From the NCBI RefSeq assembly GCF_009914755.1, contig NC_060926.1: 64,000 nucleotides of DNA; one strand, given 5' to 3'. Source of the DNA: the human T2T-CHM13v2.0 reference genome, Homo sapiens. Position 1 is the first letter of the stretch, and each line of letters opens with the position of its first letter. This document shows, piece after piece, positions 49,321 through 64,000 of this stretch. A model generated the notes under the pieces. It was given only the letters and a program-made list of their open reading frames with translations, was not told the origin of the DNA and did not search any database. The translations under genes and the position numbers were made by a program.

Positions 49321-49373
49321 ATGCTAGGTTCTACCTTAACTGTGTCTGTTACTCATTTGTTAAAGTGCTTTGG

Positions 49374-53720
<4,347 letters not shown>

Positions 53721-53993
53721 CCAAAAAGCCACTTTAAACCTTATCCTAGGAGGACAGTTTCACATTGCGTCTAACCTCTTCCTGGCCTCTTAATCTTGGG
53801 TTGTTAAATCTTATTTGCTTTATTTCCTTGGTTCCTCTAAGTTGTAATCTCGGAGTTAAAAACAGCTTTAGAACCCCGCCCCCCCAAAAAAAAAAAAAAA
53901 AACTTTTGAGAATTTTTTTCAAATAAATGTCCATTGCATAGAATGGGTCTGTGACTGGCTGCTTCTACATCTGCACCCAACATCTGGCCCCCT

Positions 53994-63135
<9,142 letters not shown>

Positions 63136-63608
63136 CTAAGAAGGCAATAGGGGAGTTGGTCATTGGGCCTCAGCTAAGGAAGCAGTAGAATACAGTGGAA
63201 CACAGTTGACAGTGTGCAGCTCCAGGGTCAGACTTCTTTTCTAATCTTGGCTCTGCCATTTATTCAGTATTAATTATTGAGTGCCTACTCTGCACAGTAC
63301 TACATCTGTTGTGCCATCTAGAACAGCCCCTGCAGCTCGGTTAACCAATTCCCCATTTGTGAGAAGGGGAATACATCACAGGACTACAGAGAGGATTAAA
63401 TTACAGAAATGCACAAAATGCTATAAAAACTGTTAGGGTCTTGACAGCTATAAAGATCCATCCTATTGAGCTTCAGAAAGTGCTCTGGGAGGGCAGGCAC
63501 GGTGGCTCACGCCTGTAATCCCAGCACTTTAGGAGGCTGAGGTGGGCAGATCACCTGAGGTTGGGAGTTCGAAACCAGCCTGACCAACATGGAAAAACCC
63601 CGTCTCTA

Positions 63609-63773
<165 letters not shown>

Positions 63774-63928
63774 TCAAAAAAAGAAAGAAAGAAAGAAAGA
63801 AAGTGCTCTGGGAGTGCTTCTCAACCTTTTCTGCTTCCTGGCACACTCCAAAAACAGTTGCATTTCGTCAACACCCTGGGAATAAACAGAAGAGGCTACT
63901 CAGATCAGGAAGCCAGCTTGAGATAAAG

Positions 63929-64000
63929 CAGGGTTTCTCAACTTCAGGACTAGTCACATTTTGGGCTGGTTAATTATTTATTGAGGGGATTATCCAATGC
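63929..64000 (+). mobile_element. MER20-like hAT transposon (cut by window end)
   Basis: CAGGGTTTCTCAACTTCAGGACTAGTCACATTTTGGGCTGG resembles the MER20 5' end. Confidence 0.6.

Overview
Human (primate) genomic DNA, recognisable as the chr2p11.2 MAT2A/GGCX locus. Bases 1-41,400 are intergenic and very Alu-rich. They begin with a decayed class-I ERV (env TM remnant plus a MER57-like 3' LTR split by Alus) and also contain L1, L2, MIR, LTR33-like, MER21-like and MER1A elements. A CpG-island/TATA promoter (~42.4-43.9 kb) drives MAT2A on + (9 exons, 395 aa, 43347-47831) and probably the divergent lncRNA PARTICL on -. The MAT2A 3'UTR carries the known six METTL16 hairpins (UACAGARAA loops) downstream of the SAM-regulated detained intron 8. 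GGCX runs convergently on - (exons 3-15 present; exons 1-2 lie beyond the window). Best leads: (i) minus-strand poly(A) signals inside the MAT2A 3'UTR, so a long GGCX 3'UTR would be antisense to hairpins 3-6; (ii) a candidate decoy/poison exon inside detained intron 8; (iii) a strong cryptic 3' splice site buried in the stem of hairpin 1; (iv) a UGUA cluster plus proximal ATTAAA separating hp1 from hp2-6. Exon boundaries were read by hand and checked for frame. Repeat boundaries and subfamily names are approximate.
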